From: Macrostomum lignano
Taxonomy: Eukaryota
Assembly (NCBI GenBank): GCA_002269645.1
Contig: NIVC01001636.1
Span: 1-64,000, forward strand
Length of the DNA stretch: 64,000 nt
Direction of reading: 5' to 3'
The first letter of the stretch is position 1, and each line of letters begins with the position of its first letter. Made by a program: the position numbers and the translations under genes. Below, piece after piece: positions 37,794 through 50,030 of this stretch. The notes beneath the pieces were generated by a model. The model ran no database searches and was not told the DNA's origin. It worked only from the letters and a program-made list of their open reading frames with translations.

Positions 37794-39084
37794 GGCTACC
37801 AATTCCCCATGCAGTCGTGAAGGTTTTGCGGCTACTTAAAAGCAAGAACTTCTCGCAGCTGACAGGTTCCCTGCGTATCGCTGACGGATAAGGCAAGTCA
37901 GACAAGGCAAGTCAGATAAGGCTAGTCTGATTGAGCCAAAGTCTTGTGACAAGGTCCCGTAAATAACTGATTTGGGTGTAATAGAATAAGGAGCTCGTAT
38001 TACTTGTTTAAAAAAATTTCAAAGGGTCAAGTTGAACTTCGGTGGTTTTAAGCCAGATCAATGTCTTAGGATTATTGTGTAATTTTAGTTTAGTTTTTAG
38101 CAATTTTTGGATGGTCCAAACTAGCACGATTATCATAAATAATTGAATACTACATTGACCTCTCTTTGTGTATCTGATGAACTAAAAATTTATGAAATAA
38201 CCATCAGCATAGTTCTTGAGCCTGTCTGAACAAAATCAATGAATCCACGGAAACTAGAAAATCCATACAGGTAGAGGTAAAAAGAAGGCAAAGACAAATA
38301 AGCATGAAAATTAAGACTTAAAAATAAACATAGGTTCAAAATAAATATTAAAAAACTTTGAGTGCAACCATGAGGAATCGGTCTATTGTCTATTTAATCT
38401 ATTTAAGGACATGGGCATACGATTTAAGATATTTTATAAACCCTTGTGCAAACCTGCTATGATTGATTGATGTTGTCTTTGGCCTCCTCACTCTATGCTT
38501 GAGGTTGAGGTCTCGTAAAGTAGTTCTACCTATGCACATGTACCGACGTATGATATTCTCGCACGATATATTTGCAAGATATACACCCAACTCGACCCGC
38601 ATGGCTCTACCGAGACACTACTTGACCCGCACGGCTACACCGAGATCTTAGATCACCCATCTACTGTCTATTTGCGATCCGTCGTTATCTGTGGCGATCT
38701 GCGGCGATCTGCGGCGGTCTCAGGCTATCTGCAGCGACCTACGACGATTTCTAGCAATCTGCGGTTAGCTGAGGCGATATGAAATCTGCAAGTGGCCCAA
38801 AGGCGATCTACATCGGCCGGAGCGAACTGAACATCGGCTGAGACGCGGTCTGCATCCGCCAAAGGCCACCTACGACTTTCCGAGCGAGGAGACGAACCAA
38901 GGCCGCAATTACGTTTCGTAAACCGGTATTCGTAGTCCGTCTTAGCAGTTGGTTTGCGTGATTTTAGTTTTAGGTCCTTTAGGTTGGGTATCAGGTCCTG
39001 CCAGATACTGTGTGCTTTTGTTCTTCTCTCATTTTCCGCTTTCTATTTCTTTCTTGCTGCCTTCTCTTCCTTGCCGAGCCGGTC

Positions 39085-41530
39085 ATGAGTGATCACGAGG
39101 AGTCCGCAGTCAATAGTGCCACAGGCACAGGGAGTGCTGCAGGTTTTGGTACCTCTGATTCTGAACAGAAGCCCAATGCGAGCGCTGCAAGCGCAAGTTA
39201 CACATCAGATCCGCTGCTCGCCAACACTTTTACTGCGTTGCACCGCTTCCTAGAAAGTCGATTTTCGGGAGAACCGCCGACTAGAACTCGCTATGAGAAT
39301 ATCGAATTATCATCAAGCATCAAACTTTGTCCGCCTGCACTGTTCACTATTAATACTCCCTTTGATGTCTGGAAAGCCCAGTTTAAAACCTACATTGAGA
39401 CTACCAATGTCCCTTATTTTCAACAGACTGCTGTGCTCCAATCAATTCTGGCAACCAAATGCCAAGACTTCTTTCTGAACAACAAATTAGATAACAAATC
39501 TTGTGATGAGGCGCTACGCCTCATGAGAGCACGGTACACAGACTCGAATCTCAAGGATAAAAAGTACATGGAGCTGGTTTCGACCCATCAAGAAAGCGCT
39601 AAGTCCATTGTAGAATTCTATGACCGTCTGGCCACCTGTGCCAGGATCGCTTGCTTGACTTCAGAGGTGTTGGCTGAAAGGCTCCTGTGCTGGAGTAGGA
39701 ATACAGTGGAAAGGAGTTCCTTGTTGAACGGTAAGACCAAGAGTGTTTCGGCTGCTGTACTAGTTTCCAAAGCCAAAGAGATGGTCGGTATACAGCAGCT
39801 TCTGCACCCCGCTCCGAACTCTTCTGCGAATATCCGAGTCCTTGAGACCGAGAAGGCTTCTCTGGAGGCAAGAGTAGAAGAGCTAGAGAGACTCCTTCGA
39901 CTCCAGAACCAGGCTGGTGTTTCCAAGCCTGTTGCTGTCAATCGACCACAACTATCTAACAAGCCAATCCAAAATTCAAACCAACACAAGCCACATAACA
40001 ATCACAAGAATAAACAGCCGCCAAATCATGGGGCAACTCAGCAATTTGGTACAGCGGTGTCCGATTGCTAGTCCGATTGCTAAATAGTAGCGATCAACCA
40101 GCTAGGATTGAGCGTGACCAAGAGATTGCATCTTTCAAGAGCTCGGCCATGGAGAAGTAGTACATGTAGTACCAACTGCTCTGTCTGAGAAGTATTTTTC
40201 CATAGACAACTGCAATCTCCTCAACAGTAAGCTTTCAAGATTACCACCACCAGAAAAAGGTACAGCAGAATGGCTTGTGAAACAGTTCCTACTCGACCAG
40301 TCCAGTCTGACTCCAAATCAATGAGACCTAACTTTGCGCATGCTTAACTACTTTTTAAGCCAGATATCCCAGGATAATAGTGATCTTGGTCGCACAAAGC
40401 TACATGAAATGTCAATCGATTTGATTGAGAAGGACAATCATCCGGTTCTGCTCGCTTCGAGGAGCTAGAACAACTCCAGCTCAAAAGGAGTTTTTAGATC
40501 AACATATTAGTCAATTGCTCAAGCAGGATGTAATTGAAGAGTGTGATTCAGACTGGGTATCACCGATAGTGTTAGTTAAGAAGAAAGATAGGTCTCAGAG
40601 ACTATGTATTGACTACCGAACTGTAAACAAGTTAATTCGACCCTGTAGTTTTCCATTGCCAATAATTGAGGAGTCGTTTGACAGCCTGGCTGGTTCTTCG
40701 GTGTTCAGCAGCCTTGACTTAACCTCTGCCTATTGGCAGGTGGGAATCAAAGAAGTAGACAGAGATTTTACAGCTTTCTCTTGTCCACAGGGCGCGTTTC
40801 GTTGGAAGGTAATATCATTTGGGATCAAAACAGCCCAGCGAATTTCGGTAAATTAATGCACAAGGTATTCCAGCCATTGCTTATGAAAGTTAGCCTAATT
40901 CACCTTAATGACATAAAAATAAAAGCACAGAATAATGACCAAATGATCGCGCACTTAGCGCTGGTGCTTTGGCAACTTCGCACTTCGCACTTCAGGCCAA
41001 CCTGAAGATTAAACCTGCGAAGTGTGAGCTATCCAAAGACAGAGTTATGTTCTTAGGGTTCATAGTCTCGTCTAATGGTATCGAAGCCGACCCAGCCAAG
41101 AATCGAGCAGTCCAAGAGTGGTGTAGACCGAAAGACAAGAAACAGTTTATGGCGTTTCTTGGCTTTCCCAACTATTATAGGAAATTTGTACAACGATTCT
41201 CAGTTATTGCCACGCCGCTGTACGCGCTGGCGAAAGGTGGTTAGAACGCCACGAACGCGCGTTCCAAGAACTCAAGCGCAGTTTGTGCAACCCACCGGTA
41301 TTAGCGTATCCGGACTTGTCTCCCGACATTCGTGGGTTCGTTCTCGACTGCGACAGTTCACTTGAAGGAGTTGGCGGCGTGCTATCTCAGATAGGCCCAG
41401 ATGGGTCAGAACAAGTCGTTGCGTACGCATCTAAGAAATTTTTGCAGAGTCAGTCAAATTATTGTGCAACCATGCGCGAGTTACTAGGGTTAGTACTCAT
41501 GCTAGAGCACTTTTGTACAAATCTGTGAGG
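39085..41530 (+). mobile_element. Decayed Ty3/Gypsy internal region (gag plus frameshifted RT/RNase H)
   Basis: Gag-like ORF from ATG 39085. RT motifs WVSPIVLVKKKD, LCIDYRTVN, SSLDLTSAYWQV. RNase H motifs FVLDCDSS, VAYASK. Many frameshifts and no LTR recognised. Confidence 0.88.
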
Positions 41531-41635
41531 GTACCGGCCAGGGAAAGACTATGTCGCGGCAGATATGCTGAGACAAAATCCTCGCTTTCGAGCCGATCAC
41601 TTCGACTGCCCGTCGTGCAGCATTGTACCTGAATT

Positions 41636-42350
41636 TCAAGAGAAATTTAAAATCGAGCAAGCTAAAAAGTCAGCATCAGTTAAAATCAGAAAGCAGCAAG
41701 TTGACGCTGCAGTACAATGCTCTGTAGCGTTAGTGACATATACACATAGTGTACTATGACACATAGTGCTTTTGACACTAGGAGGCGGTCCTACCGAAAC
41801 CAGCATGATGTTGAAGGAGCTATCGGTTTGGAATGTAACGAATCTAGGTGGCTTCGCCTCGGCCTCAAATTTTTTTATTAGTTGCTCCAATGAGTTGACA
41901 GAATCCTTAAGAAAAAAATCTGCTATTAACTGCTCTTGAACAGCAAAACCGGCCTCGTGTCGACGCGATGACGTAGCTTTGTCAGATCTCTCAGTTCGTG
42001 GAGGCTTTGTAAAGTAGGGCGGCATATTTGTGCTGCTGAATTGTGTGGGAACTGCATCTGGCTTCAGTCTTCTCCGGGAGAGGAGAGCATGGAGATCATC
42101 AGTAGACTTTCGCTTCTTCCTGCGCAGGTGGCTGTCTTGGCTGTCGCTGACAAAATCCGAATCGACGAAGTGCATAGAGCAGATGCGAGTGTAATTAGTT
42201 GGTTCGAACGTTGGCTCTCTAGATAGGTTACGAGCCATTTTGCAAGGAGTTCCTTGTTTTCAGGAAACCCTCATGAAATGACACTTCTTTCCCTGTTACC
42301 TGGGAGTCGTATCCGGATTTGCAGCCATATACAGCACACTTGTAGGGCAT
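41636..42350 (-). pseudogene. THAP zinc-finger ORF remnant (P-element/THAP transposase-like)
   Basis: From ATG 42350 it reads MPYKCAVYGC...SFH, frameshift, FPENKELLAKW, frameshift, RNLSR...RICSMHF...LKPDAVPTQF: the full C2CH THAP signature. Confidence 0.82.
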
Positions 42351-43591
42351 TCGGACAAATACGAATATTTTACTTTAGCAGAACGAGTCAAGAATAAGGA
42401 ATCAAGAAATTAAAGCAGGGAACTTTGAAATCACGAAAATATGTGCACAAAGACAGCTTTAAACTCAATTACGATGACTAACTTAAAATTCAACGTACAT
42501 TTGTACCCCTATGTTGTTGTATCATGAAAGATAATGTACAATAATGTTTGATTCTTCATACGTCCCTATATTCTCTCTCCTCTCTTCCCCATTTTTTACT
42601 TGCTTATACCCTTCAGCCTGCGAAACGAGCCCGAGCAGGCCTGGTCCGTTGTCTGTATTGGTCTGTGCATGCCTGCCCCCGGTCCCACGCGGACTACCAT
42701 TTTTCTTTATCATCGCGCCAGCTTACAGTGTCCGGGGTCCGAGCGCCTCCACTCAAAAGTTGGTATTCCAGCTGCTAGATCTAGATTTCCTTGGTTCAGA
42801 GAGGTGGAGAACAAGGGACGCAGAAAAAAAGCTTCTCCTACTGCCGGCTGTTCTTTTTCCAGCGAGGAAGAATCAACTCAGACAAAGAGCCCGCTATGTT
42901 GGACCATAAAACTATAGATATCAAGTATAGGTATTATAGCTAGGTTAATATCTAGAATTATATGGTTGGAGCCGCTAGCTAAAGAAGCTATTTTGGTTTG
43001 GAAATTTCCCGTTTTCATATTGTTGCGTTTTCTTCGATACAAAAGATAAGATAGTTCGCCTGGCGGATCGGATATTTTCATTTCAAGAGTTTATACATGT
43101 AAGGAAAGAGAAGAGCTAGAAATTGCATGCAAAGGAAGAGACGAAGAAGACAGGAAAATATACTGAGAAATTAGAGACTTAAAAGCGAAAGGCTGAAGGC
43201 CGAAAGGATTAAGAAAATGAAAAGAGGGTGAGATAGAAATGCGCAAAGAGAAAGATGGATCAATTTGCCGCGCAGAAGAGGTACAGTGCAAGAGAGTAAG
43301 AGGTGGGAGTGGTGGAGAGGGAGAAAAGATTGGGTGAAAGAATGACAATTGAAAGTGATTAGAGTTCCTACTCATTCAAAAATGCAATTTTGCTCAGTTG
43401 AAATGGCTAAAAATTCAAATAAAAAAGTAGCTATTTAAAAAAATTGTGAATCCACCAACTTGCCTTAGCCGAGTTAGCAAGGGATGATCCAAGGGCGCAT
43501 TTATGGGATGCAAAAAGCGCTTGCCTCGTTCCTTGCATCCCGAATGCCCAAGTAAGTTTGGCAGGGGGACACAGACTTGACAAGCACTCAC

Positions 43592-44047
43592 TAAGATATT
43601 CCAACGAGTACACAGAGTTCGTGAAGTATCCGCCGCACTTCGGCGAGTGAGTGCCGGTACATGATTTATCACAGCTGGTCTCGGACATATTTTTAAACTT
43701 TCTGTAGGTATTTCCGCAGAAGCACTCCATGCCGTACTGCAGACCCATGTAGGGGAAGCCGCCAGCTGAGCAGATGCCTCCAAACCTGTAGTGCACTTGT
43801 GTGTGGCAAAAAAACTGGTCTCGTGGACCGTATATTTGGGCTATTATATAGACTCACTGCCGACGTGCGGCTACAGTGTTACGCAATATTTTGCGGGGCC
43901 AGTGCTAGCGCACGTTGGACAAGAGGGCAAAGCTATAGTCAGAGAAAAGCGTGAAGGCATAGAGGGGGCGTACACTACAACACCGCTCCGGAGTCATGCC
44001 GCCAGTCGAAGCGCGCGCACCGGACGAACCAACAAAGTGATGGCCTG
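43592..44047 (-). pseudogene. WSC exon fragment split by a solo LTR
   Basis: PGHHFVGSSGARASTGGMTPERC, then the insertion, then GGICSAGGFPYMGLQYGMECFCGN...NSVYSLEYL with donor A|GTGAGT at 43591. The 5' end is replaced by a FReD fragment, and no PAN exon was found downstream. Confidence 0.88.
43787..43979. mobile_element. Solo LTR (193 bp)
   Basis: Termini TGTAGTGCAC ... GTACACTACA (TG...CA, 10-bp inverted). Near-perfect 5-bp TSD AAACC/ACACC. Internal TATA-like sequence. Confidence 0.75.
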
Positions 44048-44400
44048 GCATAATTTCGGCGGGTCCTATTCGCATGAGTTCGAGATGCTGCTTCTGCAAC
44101 AGCACCAGCATGATGGCATAAAAGATGTGGCTGCTAAAAAAAGGCAAAATCAAGCGTTGAATCGGCTTTGAAGCGACTTTGACATTTGCTAAAATTCATC
44201 CAAACTCAAGTATTTTTCTGAAAACAGAATTTATCAGCTCAAGCGCTCGATACGAGCGGAATGAAAATACACTGATAGTTCACTATTTCGACCGATAATA
44301 AGATTTCATTTCGATGTGCTTTCAAATCAGTTTTCGTCAAACTGGGTCTCCTCACCATGGACAGGTAAAATTAAAATTTGAGATTTGAGACTACACTCTC
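44048..44400 (+). pseudogene. FReD 3' end plus flank fragment
   Basis: HNFGGSYSHEFEMLLL followed by the conserved FReD 3' flank (cagcaccagcatgatggcat...gactttgacatt). Confidence 0.7.
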
Positions 44401-44741
44401 AAATCTCAGTTTTTCTGCACAATGCTGCATTAATATTATTGTGCAGGTGACTCAACTAAACTTATTCCTGGAAAGAGTCGTTTCTCTGCATAGCGGTAAA
44501 CGGTTTCGCCGAAGGCGTTAGGTCAGGTGGCCACAAACCACTTTTTTAAAAAGCAGAGAAGAATACGAGCTAAAAAGGAATACTGACTGTAATTTTAAGC
44601 ACAATTTTTTCGACCTGTAGTGCGACCAGTTTCGACCTGGGAGGTCGACAATTTTTTCGACCACTGACGATAGGTAGCTAACCTCCGACATAAAGGTATT
44701 GTTCGCTATTTAAAAACACTACTCATGTAGTATTCGCTACC

Positions 44742-45260
44742 CATGTTCACCACGAAGGTCACCGGTGGAAACTGCGCAAGGATGAAAAAAGGAGCCTTCT
44801 AGTTCAACAACCCTTTCTACACCACCCGAACGGAGAGTACAAAGACGCATCTAATGTCATTGGAGGTGCTGCAGTTGGAATTTTTTGGTACCACTACTTT
44901 GGCCTTTCGCACTCGCTGAAGGAATTCGAGATGCTGGTTCTGTAACAAAACCAGCGTGATGGCATGGAAGATGCCGCTGCTGCAACAGGCAAAATCGAGC
45001 GTTCAATCAGCTTAAAACAACTTTGACATTCCCGAAAATTTATCCAAACTGAAATATTTTGCTGCAGAGCAAAGACAGTCGTTAGATAAAGTGCCGGATA
45101 CTAATAAAAAAAAAACACGACTTCAAAATTTGGACCGATTTTAGGATTTACAATTTTTTAAATGCCCTCAAATCAGTCCCCGTCAATGCCTACTAATGTT
45201 GGGTCTCGCCATGGACTCACCATGGACAGCTGAAGTACAAGGACTCTACAATCTCAACCT
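44742..45260 (+). pseudogene. FReD last-exon pseudogene plus 3' flank
   Basis: FTTKVTGGNCARMKKGAF*FNN, frameshift, HPNGEYKDASNVIGG..GIFWYHYFGLSHSLKEFEMLVL*, then a flank homologous to 10790-11065. Confidence 0.85.
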
Positions 45261-45433
45261 CGCAAATTTACTGAGTCTAGTTCTCTGGAAATTACTGAAT
45301 TGATATAATTATGCATCTGACCTTTCTAATCTGAATCAAGAGTCGCTATTCAGCATTGCAGTAAAGGTTTCCTTCCTAGGATACAATGCAAACTTGCAAG
45401 CTTCGTTGCCATTTCCTAGGAACTTTCCTAGTA

Positions 45434-45660
45434 ACTAGTGAATGAACACTTCGCAGTCTTCAAAGGTGGGACGATTGGTTATTTGCTGTTTGTGTTTATG
45501 TATTTAGCCTGTATTAAAAACCAGCTAACAATAACAAACACAAGAACAACATAAACAGCAACTAAAGGAACAACAAGCAACAAAAACACCTAACAGTAAA
45601 GAAACAATGCATAAAAAACAGACAAACTAACGAATAAACCACTACTGTTGGGTAAGGGAG
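45434..45660 (-). mobile_element. Helitron/Helentron-like element end (copy 3) with AAC-rich interior
   Basis: The reverse complement reads atcgtcccacctttgaagactgcgaagtgttcattcactagtt. Confidence 0.55.
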
Positions 45661-46585
45661 GTCGAATGTGAGGGGTCACACCCCCAAATTCACCCTCACC
45701 TCACACCCCGAATTCCCTTGACTTTGCCCTCCCGTAACCTCTACACAGATCCTTTGTAGTATGTTGAGGCTACCAGACGCAACATCCTGGCCTATATGTA
45801 TCGAAAAATGTTTCTTGTTCAGTAGCTATAATTGTGAGAAGTGAGAAGTGGCAGTTCGACAAGTAGCAAGGTTCTAGTCCAGCCGCAGACCACTTGTGAG
45901 CAATATATACAGTGACCGAAGAAACAGCCCTAACTATCGCTCGCCAGCTGCGTGCCTTTACATCACCTAACCCTGATCTAATCGATCTATTTAATCTGGG
46001 TCCTGTGTCAGCTCAGCGGTAACTTGTCCGACTTTCACGGAATAATCTGGTCCAATTTCGTCCGTGGCCACATTAATTTGTGGCTTTTGTAGGAAAATTG
46101 CATGTCCGGGATTGTGGTGCTATTCAAACTCATGAGGACTAACTCTTAAGGCACAGAGAGTGTACATGCCTGATGATTAGAAAGTCAGGGCCGCTGTTAC
46201 ACCCTGTGTGAGCGTGTGTATGATGCGTAACTGCGTACAGCATTGGCACAGTAAGCAGAATGGCTAGAATTGTGGGACGATTTCGCCGAAGGAGTTAGAG
46301 CAGGTGCCCACAAGCCTCCTGAAATTTTTTATCGGTATTCTAACCTGAGCTTTTTAAAAGGAATAATGTCTGCAAATTTAGGGACATTTTATCGACCACT
46401 GACGATAGGTAGCTAACCCTCGACATGACGGTATAGTCCGCTCTTTAAAAATATTACAACGAAAGCATTTCTTCAGACTTACTTTAAGTAGAATGGAGCG
46501 GATAAAACTCGCTGCTTTGTCTATAAAACCGCGCGTAATTTACCTGATATTCCTAGAATTCACCCGAACTCTGACGAAAGGTCTG

Positions 46586-47446
46586 ATGAATTTATCCGGA
46601 ATCCTGCTAAACTTTTGGTACCTCTGCCAGCTAAGTCTGATAGCGGCAGAGGCCAGGCTGTTTCGCACGAACTACATTGGCTGCTTTGAGGATTCTGGCG
46701 AGAATCGCCACCTCACAGGAATGAAGGACATTCTGACTTTTCCAGGCCATCAATTTGTTGGTTCGTCCGGTGCTCGCGCTTTGACTGGCGGCATGACTCA
46801 GGAGCGATGTGGTGGCATCTGCTCAGATGGCGGCTTCCCCTACATGGGACTGCAATACGGCATGGAGTGCTTCTGTGGAAATACCTACGGAAAGTTTAAA
46901 AATATGTCCGAAACCAGCTGCGATAAACCATGTACCGGAAATGACTCGCCAAAGTGCGGCGGATACTTCACGAACTCTGTGTACTCGTTGGAATATCTTA
47001 GTGAGTGCTTGCCACGTCTGTGTAAGGGATTTGCGGGCTTGTGGGAAATACGAAGAAAAAGCATGGTAGATACCTTATGCTTCTTCAAGATTTCAAGATG
47101 TGAAGTACAAAAATTTTGAACGGTAACATCAGTTTTATCACGTCAATGACGGGAGAAAAATGAATCACTTCTTGCTAAACCTAGTGCACTTCGGAAAATA
47201 CTTTGCACTCAAATTTCAGACCCGAATAACCTGTTCGTCCGAGGCACGAAAAGTAACTTTTCCGCCAGTATTCCAATGCACCGGACTGTGAGCGCCAGCG
47301 GACTGAAGGAGTGCGTCTACCTGTGCGAGACCGACTGCCAGAGCGTGCTTTTCGATGAAGAAAATCGCAATTGCCACCTTCTGAAGTTTGCCATGCTGCC
47401 GACAAGCCTGTCTAGCGTTACAGGAGAGTTCCTCTGCCGAGCTTGA
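46586..47446 (+). CDS. Secreted signal peptide + WSC + PAN/apple-like protein (exons 46586-47000 and 47220-47446; 213 aa)
   Basis: ATG 46586 with a hydrophobic leader and a complete WSC domain. Phase-1 intron (A|GTGAGT ... TTTCAG|AC). Exon 2 reads ECVYLCETDCQSVLF...CHLLKF and is missed by the ORF track. Confidence 0.88.
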
Positions 47447-50030
47447 CAGTTTATTCACCTGAAGCTTTGAAAACTCGAGACTTTATAAAGTCTAATTGAG
47501 AAACTAAACAGTGTTTTAACTATTTAAAAGAGCTACAAGAACTAAAATATTAAGAACTGAATGACTGAAAATGATAGACTTTAATAAATGCATCTACAAG
47601 TTTGTCACAAACAGAAATTCGTGTGCCATCAAGTTCGTAGAGTACTAGAGATTTCAGTTTAAATTGACTGAATATTCCATCTTATTGTCTCTAAATATAC
47701 TTTTACTCTTTAGAGACCATTAGGGGTTAGGTGAGTGACGAAGACCGAACGCAGAACGTGGGCACAAAGCAGTGAGCAGGGGAGCAACCCCTGGCTGTTC
47801 GACGAGTTATTTATTTGAAAGGCTGTTCGATGAGCTACGAGCGTAATATTTGAAATTGGTATTTAAGACACTAAGAATCAAAGAATGCACTACTTCGTAT
47901 TTAAAAAAAAATTATGCAGGTGTGCGACACCACGAGCAGAGCACAAGTTGGGGGTTGAAAAGCTAGCCACCCCGCGACAACCCCCCAACGCAGACGCCAC
48001 TCCGCCACCCCTAACACACTTTGTAAACGGCCTACTGCCGCCCACAAAGCACACTTAGGGGTTAGGCGAGTGACGAAGAGCGAACGCAGAACGTGGGCAC
48101 AAAGCAGCGAGCAGGGGAGCAACCCAAAACTCCAAAAAGCAGGCGAGTCAGAGGGGAGAGGAGGCAAATGATGAACAGTAGGAGCCAAGGCAAGCAGACA
48201 TAGATCGACGGGCCACTAGGTTAACGGCACTGCCATCAGAGATGTACCGCGAAACCGCCGAGCTGCGCCAATCTCCCAGCAGTTTGATGCGGTCCACGCT
48301 CAGCCCAGCATTGAAAGCAAACGTCGCTCCACCACGCCGGAGTGAGTGCGCCGAGAAGCTAGAAGCTTCCAGTCCGGCCTTGCAAAACAGGCGATGCAGG
48401 CGGTGGCGAACCCCCCGCTGAGTCAGAGGCCGCCAGGATCGCAGCGCTGATGAAACTGAGAATATGGGCAGACTGTGAGACGCATCAAAAACGCGATTCA
48501 GCTGCCAGTGATGTCAAAGCGCAGCCACAGGACACAACTTAAGAGCAGCTGCTGAGCTCTGGCCCATGACCGGGAGCTGGATGGTGTGAACGCGCTCACC
48601 GAACTGCACTGTCTTTGAACGGGCTACAAAGATGGTAACACCAGCGCGGCTGAACTTGACGTCAGATATCCTGATCGCGCTCGCTCGCCGATTGAGACGA
48701 AGCATGCCGAACCAGCCCGTGAGCACGAGAGCCCATAGAGCAGCATCTACCGGATCTGACAGCAGCAGGTGCTGCCGAATGCGCATCAGATGCTCCGGCC
48801 GGAGTGGTTGCTTAGTGGCTGGGTTCCACGACTTGCTTAGGTCCCGTCTGATTCCTTTTAGGATGAGTGGCAGAATTGGAGCTCGCGCGACTTCGTCAAG
48901 ACCGAGGCAGCAGCAATACCAGCTCAACGCTTGCACATGAAGTTGAACACTGTTGAACGAAAGTAGGCGAAGAGAGATGTCGGACAGGTAGAGAACGAGA
49001 AGCTCCACCGTGGGCTGCTCAGGTCGTTAATTTAGCCCTTGACAGAAACGACATCAGGCTCGCCAGACAGACTCGTAGGTCAGCCGTGTCGACTCCGCCA
49101 GAGACAACTCGATCAGACAAGCCGCCCGCCCCCGAAGCCGCCGCACCGCAGGGTCAGGACCTGTAAAAGCAGAAAATGGGAGGGAGCAGAGGCCAGCGCG
49201 TTGGAGGCAAATTCAAGCGGGCACACTAGCATAGTGCCATAAAAACGCATGCAAAAGTTAATGAGGCCACTCCGAGAATGAAGACGCGAAATAGGGTCAG
49301 CATAGGTTTGAAACCAGCCTGGCACATGAAAGAAGCTTTGCACAACTTTGTTTGCGAAACAGAAGAGACCAATGGTCTGAACAGTCAGATCAATCTTATC
49401 AGCGGGCAGGCAAAGCAAACCAGAGCTCGTGTCGATGTTCACACCGAGGTAGGTGACGATCTGGGCTGGGGCGCTGCTCTTCTCCCAGTTGATGTCGAAC
49501 CCGAGACGTTGGAGAAGGCCAGTTAAAAACTCATAGGCCTCTTCACACTTGGCTTTACTGTCAAAGGCAAGGCCAAAGTCATCCAAATATCCAACGACAT
49601 TGCTAAAGCCAGACCGCTGCATAATTCGGACAATCGCCTGCGAGATTCTGTGAAAAATAGACACAGAGGCAGCTGCGCCAAACATCAGCCGGGTGTCAAC
49701 CAGGTAGCACGGCGAGTCGGCTCCTTTGAATTTCCATTGCAGACCGGCTGCCGGGTAGCAAGAAGGGTGAATGCCAACGGAGCGGTAGGCATGCTTGATG
49801 TCGACTTTTGCCACAAAGCAGCCAGGACGGAGCAGACGATAAAATTCATCGATAGACTGAAAGCGGATGCGTTCCTGCTGATGGTAGTGACTGTTGATAG
49901 AATTTCCATACGGAGCGCTGGCGTCGTGAATCAGCCGGATTGATGAGCTGCCTTTAGGGATTGCTGCCAGCGGGCTGACCTTCGTAGGCTTTGTGGAAGA
50001 CTGTTCTTAGCTCTATTTTAGTTTGCTTAT

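Noticed and set aside
38690-38880. ~10-bp degenerate gcgatctgcg repeats
   Set aside because: Lies just upstream of the decayed Gypsy gag and is most simply its leader or LTR sequence. No independent significance is evident.
42522-43081. Possible CR1/L2 LINE 3' remnant
   Set aside because: Only a weak resemblance (LAIIPILDIY) and no diagnostic RT motif.
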